Of a DNA stretch of 64,000 bases, positions 9,689 to 19,982 are shown piece after piece. Where the stretch lies: UHGV virus genome UHGV-1558314. The stretch is one strand, 5' to 3'. Position numbers and translations under genes: made by a program. The notes beneath the pieces were generated by a model. That model made no database searches. It had not been told where the DNA came from and saw only the letters and a list, made by a program, of their open reading frames with translations. The stretch is from a virus. Each line of letters begins with the position of its first letter. The stretch's first letter is position 1.

Positions 9689-9717
9689 TATAGTACAACA
9701 AAGTTCCCAAATTTGCA
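9689..9717 (-). promoter_or_regulatory. recurrent bipartite promoter-like motif
   Basis: atagtacaacaaagttcccaaatttgcac; gene-sense reading GTGCAAA then ~13 nt then TTGTTGTACTAT, about 20 nt upstream of the start codon. Confidence 0.5.
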
Positions 9718-9719
9718 CC

Positions 9720-10217
9720 CTATGATGGCTTTTTGTCATCAAATTTGAAAATGACTGGCATTGCAGAATCAGGTTTTATGTCGCCTTTGTTAACTGCGTC
9801 ATTTAAGCATTCTACAATCTTTTTGCCAAAATCTTTTACTTCTGCAGGAATTTTCTCGTATGGCACATTTGACGATAATTGAGGTTCATTTTGCTGAGGC
9901 TCGTTTTGTTGAAGCTCTGCTGTTTCAGATAGCTGCTTATCAATTCGAGTAAACATCAATTCATCATGTGCATCAATGAATTCTTGAATTGCTTGCAGCT
10001 GCTCAATGCTGCATATTACAATGCATTGCAACAAATTTGACGCGTCATAGAATGACATGCCAACAATTCGTGTAGTATCATAATCGATGTCTTTCAATGT
10101 GTCCATAAACGACATTGATAAGTCTTCAATGCTTGATACATCTGCAATGCTGAATACAAATTGTGTGCTGCCGACACATTCATGCTTGTCTGAAAATATG
10201 AGCTTATCTACTGTCAT
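9720..10217 (-). CDS. hypothetical protein
   Basis: ORF; no recognisable motif. Confidence 0.45.
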   Translation of the reverse strand: MTVDKLIFSDKHECVGSTQFVFSIADVSSIEDLSMSFMDTLKDIDYDTTRIVGMSFYDASNLLQCIVICSIEQLQAIQEFIDAHDELMFTRIDKQLSETAELQQNEPQQNEPQLSSNVPYEKIPAEVKDFGKKIVECLNDAVNKGDIKPDSAMPVIFKFDDKKPS

Positions 10218-10429
10218 TTCGTAGTTGCTTTTGTAATGATGCCCTTTGCAAGCATCTTTTTGTATGTGTCATAGCCGATAATGTCAATTGTTATGTCGTT
10301 TACTCGCCGAACAATCAACTCTGCTTTATCTGCAGCAGACATGATGTTATCTGCAGCTTCTTTGTTTGCAGTGATAGCAGACCACTTACCATTACCGAGC
10401 TTAGTTATGTTTGCTTTGATTGATGCCAT
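10214..10429 (-). CDS. hypothetical protein
   Basis: Short ORF overlapping neighbours by 4 nt. Confidence 0.35.
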   Translation of the reverse strand: MASIKANITKLGNGKWSAITANKEAADNIMSAADKAELIVRRVNDITIDIIGYDTYKKMLAKGIITKATTK

Positions 10430-10434
10430 TGTTG

Positions 10435-11778
10435 TCAGAATTGAAACATGTTGTTGATAAACGTATCGCCAAACTGCGCATCTGCAGCTTTTGACGTTAT
10501 GTCATACGTTGCTGCATTGATGCCAAGCGCAGTTATTGTTGATTGCGCATCTACAAGTTCATACACTTTGCAGCTTGGCTTTGTAATGTCTGTAAATGAC
10601 ATTGTGTACATGAAGTTTTCAAAGATATGTCTTGGTACTTCACGTGCATTTAAGCATGCAAGCTGTCTATTTTCTGCAAATCGTGCTTTGAGCCATTCAA
10701 AGTCATCTGCAGGTACTGAGTCAACATTCATGAATGTCTTATATGCTGCAGTCAAAAACATTGTAATGACTTCGTCATCATACAAATCTTCACCAAGCAT
10801 ATATCGCATGCCAGGTTCCAACTGTTTTGCATTGTTAGTTTCAATGCCAAGAGACTTCAATGCATCGTAGATTTGGCCTACAGATAAATGCGACCAATTG
10901 TTGCCACGTTTCTTGAGCATGCCAAACAATTCTGGGATGTTGTCGCCAGCGTCGCCAAGTACAATCTTATAAAACAAGAAACTTGGTACATGCTCACGAA
11001 TCTCAGCGTCAACATACTCAAGCAGTGCTGCATATGGGTTGTCAAGTATACGAGTTTTGACTTGGGCGCCAGCAAAGCTGTCGAAGATACTGCTGCCAAC
11101 ATTCTGTGACTTTTCACCAGCAAGTTCTTTGATGTGTTCAAGCACAAACTTGTCGCCCATCAATACTCGAGACTTCTGCCAGCCATTTGCTTTGCAGCCA
11201 TTTTTGATGATTGCATATGCTGAACATGCGCCAGTATAAGTATCGACACAAACACATTGAGTCAAGTCTTTATCAGTGCCTTGATACAGCACATTGCGGC
11301 CTTTTGACGTTGCATATCTGCTAAGCATGAAGATGACATCATCAGCTTCTGCTTCAGAAAGCTTAATGTGACGAATGCCATGCGCTTCTTGCATCAACTT
11401 CAACCATTCAAAGTATACACCATAAACTTTGAGCCAGTTGATTGTCTGGTCATACGTTCGAGTGCCTTTGTAACCAGCATCTTCACCTTGTTCAAAGCCC
11501 TCTCTTGTCAAGTATTGATGCTTTGAGCGCCACAAATTCGACTTTTTGTCATCGACAGCAATGATGACATCATCAACGACATCTTCAAGTCTACGAAGCT
11601 CATTACAAAGGTCGAGTGTTAGCTTGGATATCAAAGACAGTCTTGATGCATTCTCATTCTTTTCAAATGACAAGTCTGTACCTGATTTTGCTAATACTGG
11701 CACTCTGCTCTTCAACCACCAGCTTCCATCAATTACGTAGATGAACTTGTGATTATGAGTATTGTCAAGCTTTGTCAT
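10435..11778 (-). CDS. 5'-3' exonuclease / flap endonuclease (RNase H-like)
   Basis: FIYVIDGSWWL near N-terminus and GDAGDNIPELFG (GDxxDNIPGV-type motif of the FEN / 5' nuclease family). Confidence 0.7.
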   Translation of the reverse strand: MTKLDNTHNHKFIYVIDGSWWLKSRVPVLAKSGTDLSFEKNENASRLSLISKLTLDLCNELRRLEDVVDDVIIAVDDKKSNLWRSKHQYLTREGFEQGEDAGYKGTRTYDQTINWLKVYGVYFEWLKLMQEAHGIRHIKLSEAEADDVIFMLSRYATSKGRNVLYQGTDKDLTQCVCVDTYTGACSAYAIIKNGCKANGWQKSRVLMGDKFVLEHIKELAGEKSQNVGSSIFDSFAGAQVKTRILDNPYAALLEYVDAEIREHVPSFLFYKIVLGDAGDNIPELFGMLKKRGNNWSHLSVGQIYDALKSLGIETNNAKQLEPGMRYMLGEDLYDDEVITMFLTAAYKTFMNVDSVPADDFEWLKARFAENRQLACLNAREVPRHIFENFMYTMSFTDITKPSCKVYELVDAQSTITALGINAATYDITSKAADAQFGDTFINNMFQF

Positions 11779-12027
11779 TGTCTGAATGCTTTTGCAATTA
11801 CTGATGTTGAGAGCATTGGCACACTACCATTTTTGAAGCGAGGCTTTTTGTTTGACAACGACCACTTTTGTTTATGCCACTTCGAGCAACTTGTGCCACG
11901 ATTTGTTACATCTGCGCCGGACCTTGAGCATTTGAGTCGAAAGTCTTGTGCAGATGTACCATGCTTCTTTATTGAATGCTGACAATTATAGCAGCATTTA
12001 TCGTGCGGTTCTACTGGATATCTCATG

Positions 12028-12495
12028 TCATTCAATGATAAGTGTATGACCGACTTCTTTCGCAAATGACACAATGCAACCAAACAATTGCGGGTCACAC
12101 CAAGGCTTGATGAACTGCTGCCACCAGTGAACATCAGATGATACCATCATTTCTTTGACAAGGTCTTCCTTTTCCCTGTCAAGATATGCAATGTCGCCCA
12201 ACGCAAACATTGACTTCAAGATGTTATCATCACTCATGTCAAACTTGCCAAGCCCTTGTTCGTCAACTTTTCGTGCAACCTTGATTGCATCAGGCAGCTT
12301 ACATGCACCATTTGCGCATAAACATGCTGCAAGAATTACAAATGCAGGCTTTTTGTCCTGTGCAAGTCTGTATGCCCAATTGCGTGTTGCAGGAAAGTTT
12401 GGTACCCTGATGTCTACACCTTGAGGCAGATTTGATTCTTTAACTGCTTTGAGCTTGGCATCACTGCCAACCATGCCCATCTTTATTTGTGTCAT
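12028..12495 (-). CDS. hypothetical protein
   Basis: ORF; no recognisable motif. Confidence 0.4.
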   Translation of the reverse strand: MTQIKMGMVGSDAKLKAVKESNLPQGVDIRVPNFPATRNWAYRLAQDKKPAFVILAACLCANGACKLPDAIKVARKVDEQGLGKFDMSDDNILKSMFALGDIAYLDREKEDLVKEMMVSSDVHWWQQFIKPWCDPQLFGCIVSFAKEVGHTLIIE

Positions 12496-12622
12496 ATGTC
12501 AATCTTGGTCAAGAAATTGTTCTTCGTCATTTGGCTGTTTCTTTGTCGACTCATCGACATTGTCTGCATCAAGCCACTGGTCATCTTGCTTGACTGTTCC
12601 AGTATCTGGTACGTTCATATCG

Positions 12623-13018
12623 TTATCGATTCTTTGAAAATGAAACTTGTGTTGATTGCTGTGGTCGTATGTCAACAAACACTGAATCTACTGCATCAAA
12701 CTTAAGCGTAGCAAGTGAATCAATTGTTTGTCTTGCTTTTTGCAAATTGCGTGCTTTGATGCCTGATACTGTTGCAGACTTTTCAAGCAGATATGCATCA
12801 CGAGGCGTCCAGTAACGAGCTTGCCAACGCATATGCATAGAGTCGACAATCAGATTTTCTGCTGCAGCATCAATAATTGCTGCAGTTGATTGCTGAGTTG
12901 CATCAAGTCGTTGCTGTAACACCGCCAATTGTTTTGTGTGCTGTTGCTGTTGTTTGAACACTACGCTGATTGCGCCAAATAAAAGAAACCACGCAATAAA
13001 ATGCAAAAATGACTTCAT
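12623..13018 (-). CDS. hypothetical membrane-anchored protein
   Basis: N-terminal hydrophobic segment FIAWFLLFGAISVVF followed by Q-rich region. Confidence 0.4.
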   Translation of the reverse strand: MKSFLHFIAWFLLFGAISVVFKQQQQHTKQLAVLQQRLDATQQSTAAIIDAAAENLIVDSMHMRWQARYWTPRDAYLLEKSATVSGIKARNLQKARQTIDSLATLKFDAVDSVFVDIRPQQSTQVSFSKNR

Positions 13019-13989
13019 GATTGCTGCACGAATTTTGAGAGCTCGAATGATAATGCGAGCATTGTTATGAATTGGTCAATTGATTGTTTCGACTCTACGC
13101 CATATTTGTGAGCTGCAATGACAATGTCTCCAAGTCGTGCAACAAAACCAGGCGTGTTCTTTGATAGCTTTGCATAGCACCAATTTGCAAAGTCAGTTGA
13201 GAGAGCATTGATGACTTCGGTTTCACGACCTTTGTATTGTGACAGTGTTTTGTAAAATTCACGTGGGTCTTTGCATGCAACAATGAAATCATACAGCTCT
13301 TCAAACTTTGCTGACATGCCCTTTGTGACATGCTCAAGCGTTATATGACGCTCACCTTGATTGAAGACAAAGTAGCAAATGTTCAGAATTTTACGGAAGT
13401 CTGGGTAGTTATCTTGAATAAGCTTGATGAGCGCTTCTTTTTCAATGGTACATTCATTTTCCTTCAAGATATTGTAGACGCGAACCATGCATTTCTTCAT
13501 CAACTGTTCTGCGACATCATCAGAAAAGTCGAATGATAACATTTTGAGACGAGATTGAGCAATTGATGCATCAATGCGGTCTGGATAGTTGCAAGTTGCA
13601 ATGAAAAACGCAATGCCTGCAAACTCTTCAATGGTGCCTCTTAAAGCCATCTGACTTTGCGTCGATAAAAAATCCATCTCATCAAGCAGTACCACCTTTA
13701 CGCCACTTGACGACAATGACATATGCTGACAGAATTCTGAAATTGTGTTGCGAACTGTGTCAATGCCAGAATTCTTTGAGCAGTTGATTTGCAGAATTGA
13801 ACGTCTATCAGTCCACTTCAATGCCAATGCTCTTGCTGCGGTTGTTTTTCCACTTCCTGGTGCTCCTGCGAACAAATAATTTTGCGGTTGACCATTAAAT
13901 GCTGCAGCATAATCATCAGGCACAATTAACTCTTCGACTTTTGTTGGCCTGTAGCGTTCTAACCAAGTTCTATCTTTAAGGGATGTCAT
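13015..13989 (-). CDS. sliding clamp loader subunit (gp44 / RFC-like AAA+)
   Basis: WLERYRPTKVEEL, Walker A GAPGSGKTT, Walker B VVLLDEMD, and NYPDFRKILN resembling T4 gp44. Confidence 0.85.
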   Translation of the reverse strand: MTSLKDRTWLERYRPTKVEELIVPDDYAAAFNGQPQNYLFAGAPGSGKTTAARALALKWTDRRSILQINCSKNSGIDTVRNTISEFCQHMSLSSSGVKVVLLDEMDFLSTQSQMALRGTIEEFAGIAFFIATCNYPDRIDASIAQSRLKMLSFDFSDDVAEQLMKKCMVRVYNILKENECTIEKEALIKLIQDNYPDFRKILNICYFVFNQGERHITLEHVTKGMSAKFEELYDFIVACKDPREFYKTLSQYKGRETEVINALSTDFANWCYAKLSKNTPGFVARLGDIVIAAHKYGVESKQSIDQFITMLALSFELSKFVQQS

Positions 13990-14014
13990 TTGTTGTTTGT
14001 TAAATATGAGTATA

Positions 14015-14043
14015 TAATACTACTGACTTGTCAATTTTGCACA
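14015..14043 (-). promoter_or_regulatory. recurrent bipartite promoter-like motif
   Basis: ataatactactgacttgtcaattttgcac upstream of the clamp loader start. Confidence 0.45.
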
Positions 14044-15398
14044 GCATGACCACAGTCATAAACTGCAACATAGCCAGCATCAATCATCTCTTGCTCATCT
14101 TGTCCGCAGTCTTCAATATGTTTGCCTGTCTTGTAATTATGCCAATGCTTATGTATTACATAGTCTTTTGCAAAGTGGGGATTTTTTGACATATCTGTAC
14201 TATCAATTGGTAAATGTTCGATATGTCTACGAATAATATCAATAACGTAGTCTACATTATCCCAATCCCATATTGATACGCAAACAAAACCGTGCTGCAA
14301 TGCAACTAATGTTTTTGTTAAATGATATGTTGGCTGCTTTAGATGCAATGGATTATTGTAATTTGTGCGACCCACACTATATTGAAATGTATATGTGCTA
14401 TTATGTGTAAATGACGGATTGACTTCTATTAACAATTTGCATGTCTGTGTAATATATGACAAATCATATGTGTATGCGTTTATATGAAAGCTGTCAAGTT
14501 CAAATGTAATGCCAAGCGCTTGCTGTAATTTTGATTGCCACCATTTGTTAATTGCAGAAGTCATGCGCCCATTATGTTTAATGCATTGAGGCAATTGGCA
14601 TGCCCAATCAACGCCATACAATGTTTTACATGTCTGTGTAGCTGTACGCATATTAAATGCTCTATAGCCATACAATTTGTGTCGTGTTTGACAACCCTGT
14701 TCATGGTTTACATATAATGGGTTGCCATAACGTTCAAGTTTTGTTTGCTCAATTTTGTGTTTATCGCCAAACGCATTGCCATATTTGCGCAATTTTGTAT
14801 GAATTTGTTTATCTACAGGGCCTTGCGGATAGCCATGTCGCTCAATGTTTGTTTTACGACACTTGTCGACATTGTATTTAGACTTACCATATCGTTCAAG
14901 CTTTGTTTGCTGAATTTTATCAATGTCGCCAAACGCATTGCCGTATTTTTGCTGCTTTGTTTGCAACATTTGTTTAACATTGCCTTGCGGATAGCCATAC
15001 TTTAGCATATTCTTTTGTCTAATCTTAGATTTATCACCAAAGATTGAGCCATCATACAATACGCGTTTAGTTGCCATCATTTGTTGCACATTGCCGCTTT
15101 TATTGCCATACTTTTCAATCTTCGTATTAAGCATTTTTTGAACATTGCCATGTCCGCTGCCATAACGCGCTTTTCGTGTATCAATCATTTGCACTTTAAC
15201 TGTGTCAATTTGCAATGGATTTTCAACACCGTGTTTGCGCAAGCAGCCAATACGTTTGTTGAAAGCTAAACGAATTTTGCCATGCGACGTTTTACATGGC
15301 GCATATCTCACAAAGGGTGTTTCTGCAAGCAATCTGTCTCTTTCCTCTTCAAGTTCTTTTATGCGAGCTTCAAGAGCTTCTCCAGTTAATGGTTCCAT
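14031..15398 (-). CDS. paralog family member B (repeat array plus conserved C-terminal domain)
   Basis: About ten ~19-aa repeats K-x-x-(R/K)YGN-x-x-G-(D/N); C-terminal motifs LLIEVNPSFTHNST, VSIWDWD, VYDCGH shared with the ORFs at 55475..56494, 56599..57621 and 59771..61060. Confidence 0.6.
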   Translation of the reverse strand: MEPLTGEALEARIKELEEERDRLLAETPFVRYAPCKTSHGKIRLAFNKRIGCLRKHGVENPLQIDTVKVQMIDTRKARYGSGHGNVQKMLNTKIEKYGNKSGNVQQMMATKRVLYDGSIFGDKSKIRQKNMLKYGYPQGNVKQMLQTKQQKYGNAFGDIDKIQQTKLERYGKSKYNVDKCRKTNIERHGYPQGPVDKQIHTKLRKYGNAFGDKHKIEQTKLERYGNPLYVNHEQGCQTRHKLYGYRAFNMRTATQTCKTLYGVDWACQLPQCIKHNGRMTSAINKWWQSKLQQALGITFELDSFHINAYTYDLSYITQTCKLLIEVNPSFTHNSTYTFQYSVGRTNYNNPLHLKQPTYHLTKTLVALQHGFVCVSIWDWDNVDYVIDIIRRHIEHLPIDSTDMSKNPHFAKDYVIHKHWHNYKTGKHIEDCGQDEQEMIDAGYVAVYDCGHAVQN

Positions 15399-15632
15399 AT
15401 GTCATTTGTGTAAATATCAACAAAAATAGCGCAGCAGTATAATCTCACGACTAACTGCTGCGCTTGAACATTGTGCTATGAAAGAATGACCATCCCAAAC
15501 ACCCAAACAAGCACAAATGTTCCGACACAAGAAAACGGAAGAACCCGAAAGAAGCGAGGAGCACGCTTTGTTTGTGACTGGATTGTTATCAATGTATGTA
15601 CTTATAGGGTGTTTGTTCGTGGGTTCTTGTCA

Positions 15633-18600
15633 TCAAAAGCCTCGATTCATCAGTTCATCAGCAAGTCGTTCAAGTTCAGTAGCAGCCTTTTGTCGCTTGG
15701 CTTCTCTTTCAGCTTCAACATCTGCTTTGCTAACTGGCGATTCCAAGTCTTTTGCAGGCGCATCTTCAATAACAGTCAAATTGCTGTCATCAAACTTGTT
15801 GTCAATGTCAACTCGTTTGAATGATATGATGCCTGATGACACCTGAGCTTCTGCTTGCTGTTTGTCAAATACAAGACTGCTAATCGTTGATTGCAGTTTT
15901 GCAGATGCCAGCAATCGTTCTGTGTTATCTGCAAAAATGTCATCAGTAAACAATACATGCAGCATTTGAGCAATTGAATCACGACTTCTACTGTAACCAC
16001 TGTCAAATGCTGGCAGCTGCTTAATTGCGTAGATATCGCCATCATGTACTGTAATTGCATTGAACATACGTCTTGCAATTGATGCCACAGAATCAAGTAC
16101 GTCTGGTGATTGTGGCGTGTAGCCTCGTGAATCGAAGTATATGAGTGCAGAGTTCTTAACAATTTGGTCGACAACTTCTGATGCAATTGAAACTGCATCT
16201 TTGCTATTGTTGAAGACATCATTCAGCATATATGACACAATCTTGATGTTTGATTCATGCATTGTGCCACTTGAGCCTGCATCAAATATTGACACTGCGT
16301 CTTTGATTGATTTGAGTCTTGCAAGTCGATACATGTCTTTGTTGTCAATGACATACATATCGATAGTCTTCATGATTGTGTCAAACAAGTAATGATGCGA
16401 TAATGTTCGCAATGCATGTCGCCAATCATCAAATACTCGTCTGTCTTCTACAAGATATGTAAGCTTGCCATTTTTCTTGACAAGTTCAAATCTGTCTGAT
16501 TCTTGAACTTGCTCTGCTGGCAAATTCATGATAACTTCGAATGTAGCCTGATTGACAAATGATGCAAACATTTTGCCAATCTTGCTGTTCTTTTCTTGAC
16601 GGTACTCTGCTCGAGCTTCTTTTGCAGCATTGAGAACTTGAGCAATCATCATGTCATCTGCAACAACATCTTGCACGACTTTGCATTCATAGCCATACGA
16701 TGACAATGTGTTCTGAATGATGACAAGCTGAGTAGCCCATTGTCGCCATTTCTGCTCAAACATATTGAGCTTATACGCAGTCAAGTGAATCTTGATTTCA
16801 CCTGTGTACGGGTCACGATAAAAGTACGGTGCATTGAATGCCCATTCAAAGAAATCAAAGAGACTTCTTGAGTCATTGCGCTTTGTCTGCATTTGCAAAA
16901 TGTCCCAGAATGTCAACTTTTCAACATTTGTTAATGTCAAGTCAAGCTCGTCATATGCAGTAATGTTTCGCGGGTCACCATTCGCTTTTGTCATGCTGAA
17001 ATACACATATGACTGAATGGATATTTTGCGAAGCCGTGAATTGAACTGTTCGATTTCTTGACCTGTGAATGCCTCGTCATAAATGACATCAAATTCATAG
17101 CTGTCATTGATATCAATGCCAACTGACAAGTAATTTGTGCAGAATAGCAGTTCAATATCACCGATTGTGCCAGATTCATTGATTGACTGAACAAAGTCAT
17201 GCATTGCATTGTCACGCTTGTAGTACTTGACTTTTGGATTTCTGCCAAGCATCATTCGAACTGCACCAACAATTGCATGAGTAAATGCGTCGCCTTTGTT
17301 TGTTGGGAACAGAATTCGTTTGCCTGCTTTAATTGCTGTTGAGATATGTGATGCAAGTTTTGTAATCTTGTCGCCGTCATGTTTGCAGCAGACAAATCTG
17401 ACACCTTTGTTGTAATTAAGCGGCTTGTCGCAGAATATGACAGTGTCAAAATGACAGAACATGTGTTCAGCTACAGGTGTGCCTGTCATCAAAATGACTT
17501 TTGTCTGCAACTTTGTTAAGTTGTCAATTACATTTGCAGGCACAACATCACGATATGCAGACATTGTCAACAAGTGTGACTCGTCGACGACAACGTAGTC
17601 ATATAAAATTGATACTTCCTCTGGGTCAGCTAATGTAAACTTATCGAATGTCAAAGCTACATTGACATGCTTAGACAATTCAAGACCGCGCTGACCAAAT
17701 GAGCAATACATGCCAAGGTCTGACATCTCAATCTTTGATTGCAAGATTGATGTGTATGGTTCAATCAGCATGACTCGTTTTCCATCACGAGTAAGCTGCT
17801 TGATAAATTCTGTCTTGCCTGAGCCTGGCCGTGCAATCAAGTAATTGATGCCAGTTACAAATGCTTCTTCAAGTTCATGCTTGTATGTTGACAAGTATTC
17901 ATTTTCTGCAAGTTTGAAGACATGCGTATGTCGAAGTTCAAAGTCTTTTTGCTGTGCAACTTTCGACATAATGTACTGACTGATTGCATCTTCTGTATTG
18001 TGTTCAGCAATCAGTTCATTGACAGTTACAGATGACTTGTTAGCAAACTTAAATTTGAAGCCATGCTTTTCACGAAGTTCTTTGACAGATGACCATACGC
18101 ACGGACAAGTACCTGCTGCATTACGTTCAACTGCAGACCTGAATGAGTTTGCCCAGCTGTTATGCTCTGCATTGAACTTTGGATTGCCCGAACACATTTG
18201 CAAGAACATTTGCAACACATGTTCATATTGACCACCTGTAGTTGACTTCAAATCATATAGCCATGCAAGTGTATAGGCCAAGCGATATCTACCAGTGTTA
18301 TCGTAGTTTTGTGGAGTGATTGTGAGCATTGTGCCCTCTTCAATCATTGTGATGTCGTCACGTTGAGTAAAGACTTGCTCGCCGTCAGTCATTGCAGTCA
18401 TATGAGACTTCGGTGCATAATCAAAACGACCTCGAAGTCTATCAAACATTGTCTTTAGTTTGTCGATGCAGAATTTTGCATCAACTGAAGCATAGATGCT
18501 AACATCAAACTCTGGTTGCTCAATGAATTGCGCGTTTTGATTGATGATGACATCTTTATCTCGTGCAACAAACAGTGGCTGACTAATTTTGCAAACGGAT

Positions 18601-19232
18601 GCATCGACTACTCGAGATTCAGACATTTGTCCAGACTTTTCAAGTCGTCTTGACAACGTGTTATTTACAGGATGCACTTCTCGAGCCATGTCATGATTGC
18701 CCTCTGATTCAAGCTGGTCACTCAGCAACACAAGGCATTTCCAAATGACATACAGTTTTGCTTCATATGCATCAAGATATGTTTTCTTTGCTGCAGAAGC
18801 ATTTTCAGATGACACAAATACAGCGTCTTCAGTTTGAATTGACAGAGGCTTTGAGATTGTGTAGACGTGCAAGCCTGAACCAGAAGTTGACTTAAGCACA
18901 GCAACACACCACGGATATTTGCAAAGCATTGCAGCCAAACGTGGTTTGATGACTTCTACAAGTTCTTTTGAGTGAAAGTCCAAATCGACTGGTTGTAGAC
19001 CTGACCAAGTCAAGTAGTCATGAACTTGCTGTTTTGGTCGAGCAAACATTGTCGATTGCGACACAAAGGGACGATGCGCTTTATCTACTGTGTCAAGTGA
19101 CTCATCATTTGCAACTTTCATGATGAGGTCATACAATGAAATTTGTTGCTTATTGACAGTGTCTTCTGTTTTACGAACACTGTCGCCCATCATGAACTTT
19201 ATGCCACTGAGCAAATCTTTGACGTTTGACAT
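15633..19232 (-). CDS. large SF2 helicase-domain protein (possible replicative helicase/primase)
   Basis: Walker A LIARPGSGKTEF, DExH box VVVDESHLL, motif III-like LMTGTP; about 480-aa N-terminal domain of unknown function. Confidence 0.6.
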   Translation of the reverse strand: MSNVKDLLSGIKFMMGDSVRKTEDTVNKQQISLYDLIMKVANDESLDTVDKAHRPFVSQSTMFARPKQQVHDYLTWSGLQPVDLDFHSKELVEVIKPRLAAMLCKYPWCVAVLKSTSGSGLHVYTISKPLSIQTEDAVFVSSENASAAKKTYLDAYEAKLYVIWKCLVLLSDQLESEGNHDMAREVHPVNNTLSRRLEKSGQMSESRVVDASVCKISQPLFVARDKDVIINQNAQFIEQPEFDVSIYASVDAKFCIDKLKTMFDRLRGRFDYAPKSHMTAMTDGEQVFTQRDDITMIEEGTMLTITPQNYDNTGRYRLAYTLAWLYDLKSTTGGQYEHVLQMFLQMCSGNPKFNAEHNSWANSFRSAVERNAAGTCPCVWSSVKELREKHGFKFKFANKSSVTVNELIAEHNTEDAISQYIMSKVAQQKDFELRHTHVFKLAENEYLSTYKHELEEAFVTGINYLIARPGSGKTEFIKQLTRDGKRVMLIEPYTSILQSKIEMSDLGMYCSFGQRGLELSKHVNVALTFDKFTLADPEEVSILYDYVVVDESHLLTMSAYRDVVPANVIDNLTKLQTKVILMTGTPVAEHMFCHFDTVIFCDKPLNYNKGVRFVCCKHDGDKITKLASHISTAIKAGKRILFPTNKGDAFTHAIVGAVRMMLGRNPKVKYYKRDNAMHDFVQSINESGTIGDIELLFCTNYLSVGIDINDSYEFDVIYDEAFTGQEIEQFNSRLRKISIQSYVYFSMTKANGDPRNITAYDELDLTLTNVEKLTFWDILQMQTKRNDSRSLFDFFEWAFNAPYFYRDPYTGEIKIHLTAYKLNMFEQKWRQWATQLVIIQNTLSSYGYECKVVQDVVADDMMIAQVLNAAKEARAEYRQEKNSKIGKMFASFVNQATFEVIMNLPAEQVQESDRFELVKKNGKLTYLVEDRRVFDDWRHALRTLSHHYLFDTIMKTIDMYVIDNKDMYRLARLKSIKDAVSIFDAGSSGTMHESNIKIVSYMLNDVFNNSKDAVSIASEVVDQIVKNSALIYFDSRGYTPQSPDVLDSVASIARRMFNAITVHDGDIYAIKQLPAFDSGYSRSRDSIAQMLHVLFTDDIFADNTERLLASAKLQSTISSLVFDKQQAEAQVSSGIISFKRVDIDNKFDDSNLTVIEDAPAKDLESPVSKADVEAEREAKRQKAATELERLADELMNRGF

Positions 19233-19259
19233 ATTTTGTTGTTGCTTTTTGTTTGGTCA

Positions 19260-19314
19260 AAATTATATTGAATATGATGCAAAATGCATATTCAAATTAT
19301 ATTGAATATGATAC
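19260..19314. repeat. direct repeats aattatattgaatatgat (2 copies) flanking tgcaaaatgca
   Basis: Seen in the intergenic region upstream of the helicase gene. Confidence 0.6.
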
Positions 19315-19334
19315 AACACTTGTGACATTTTTGC

Positions 19335-19976
19335 TTAGAATGCGACACCGACATGTGCGCCAATCATAGCAGCTTTTGAGTCAACTTGCTTCATGCAGCC
19401 TGCATCAAGACCGATACGCCATTGTAAACTACCCTGGCCAAATTGACGAGTGTATGATAGCCAATACATGTCAATTGATTGCTTGTTAAATGTTCCAAAT
19501 GCATAGTGAAAGTCTACATTATTTCGTGGCGCATCATGGTCAATGACTTTGATTGTCGTAGTTTGCACTTCACGAATAACTGTGTCTGCTTTGAACATTA
19601 AAACGTCCCAATCACGTTGCTTGATTGTGTTTTGCGTAATGTAGTCTTTTATTGCTATTTGCAGTTTGTCTGACTTCAATGTGTCTGCGTACTCATATTG
19701 CGCAAAGTAGTCATTGACATATTGCATGAGCATTGTTGTATCGATGTCAACTACAAGTGTAGTGTCACGATACACTGGCACTGGCACAGTTTTGCCTGGC
19801 AATCTTATTGTGTCATGCTTAATGAACGTATCTACTTTGAATGTTGGTTCTGCATTTATAGCGTCTTGATATGTTTGCCAGTCTTTTGGACTAACAAAAT
19901 GCCAATCTTTGAAAATCATGACAGCAGTCAATACAATGACTGTTGTCATGACTATGATTTTGAGTGTCTTCAACAT
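19335..19976 (-). CDS. hypothetical membrane-anchored protein
   Basis: N-terminal TM helix IIVMTTVIVLTAVMIF. Confidence 0.45.
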   Translation of the reverse strand: MLKTLKIIVMTTVIVLTAVMIFKDWHFVSPKDWQTYQDAINAEPTFKVDTFIKHDTIRLPGKTVPVPVYRDTTLVVDIDTTMLMQYVNDYFAQYEYADTLKSDKLQIAIKDYITQNTIKQRDWDVLMFKADTVIREVQTTTIKVIDHDAPRNNVDFHYAFGTFNKQSIDMYWLSYTRQFGQGSLQWRIGLDAGCMKQVDSKAAMIGAHVGVAF

Positions 19977-19982
19977 GGTTGC

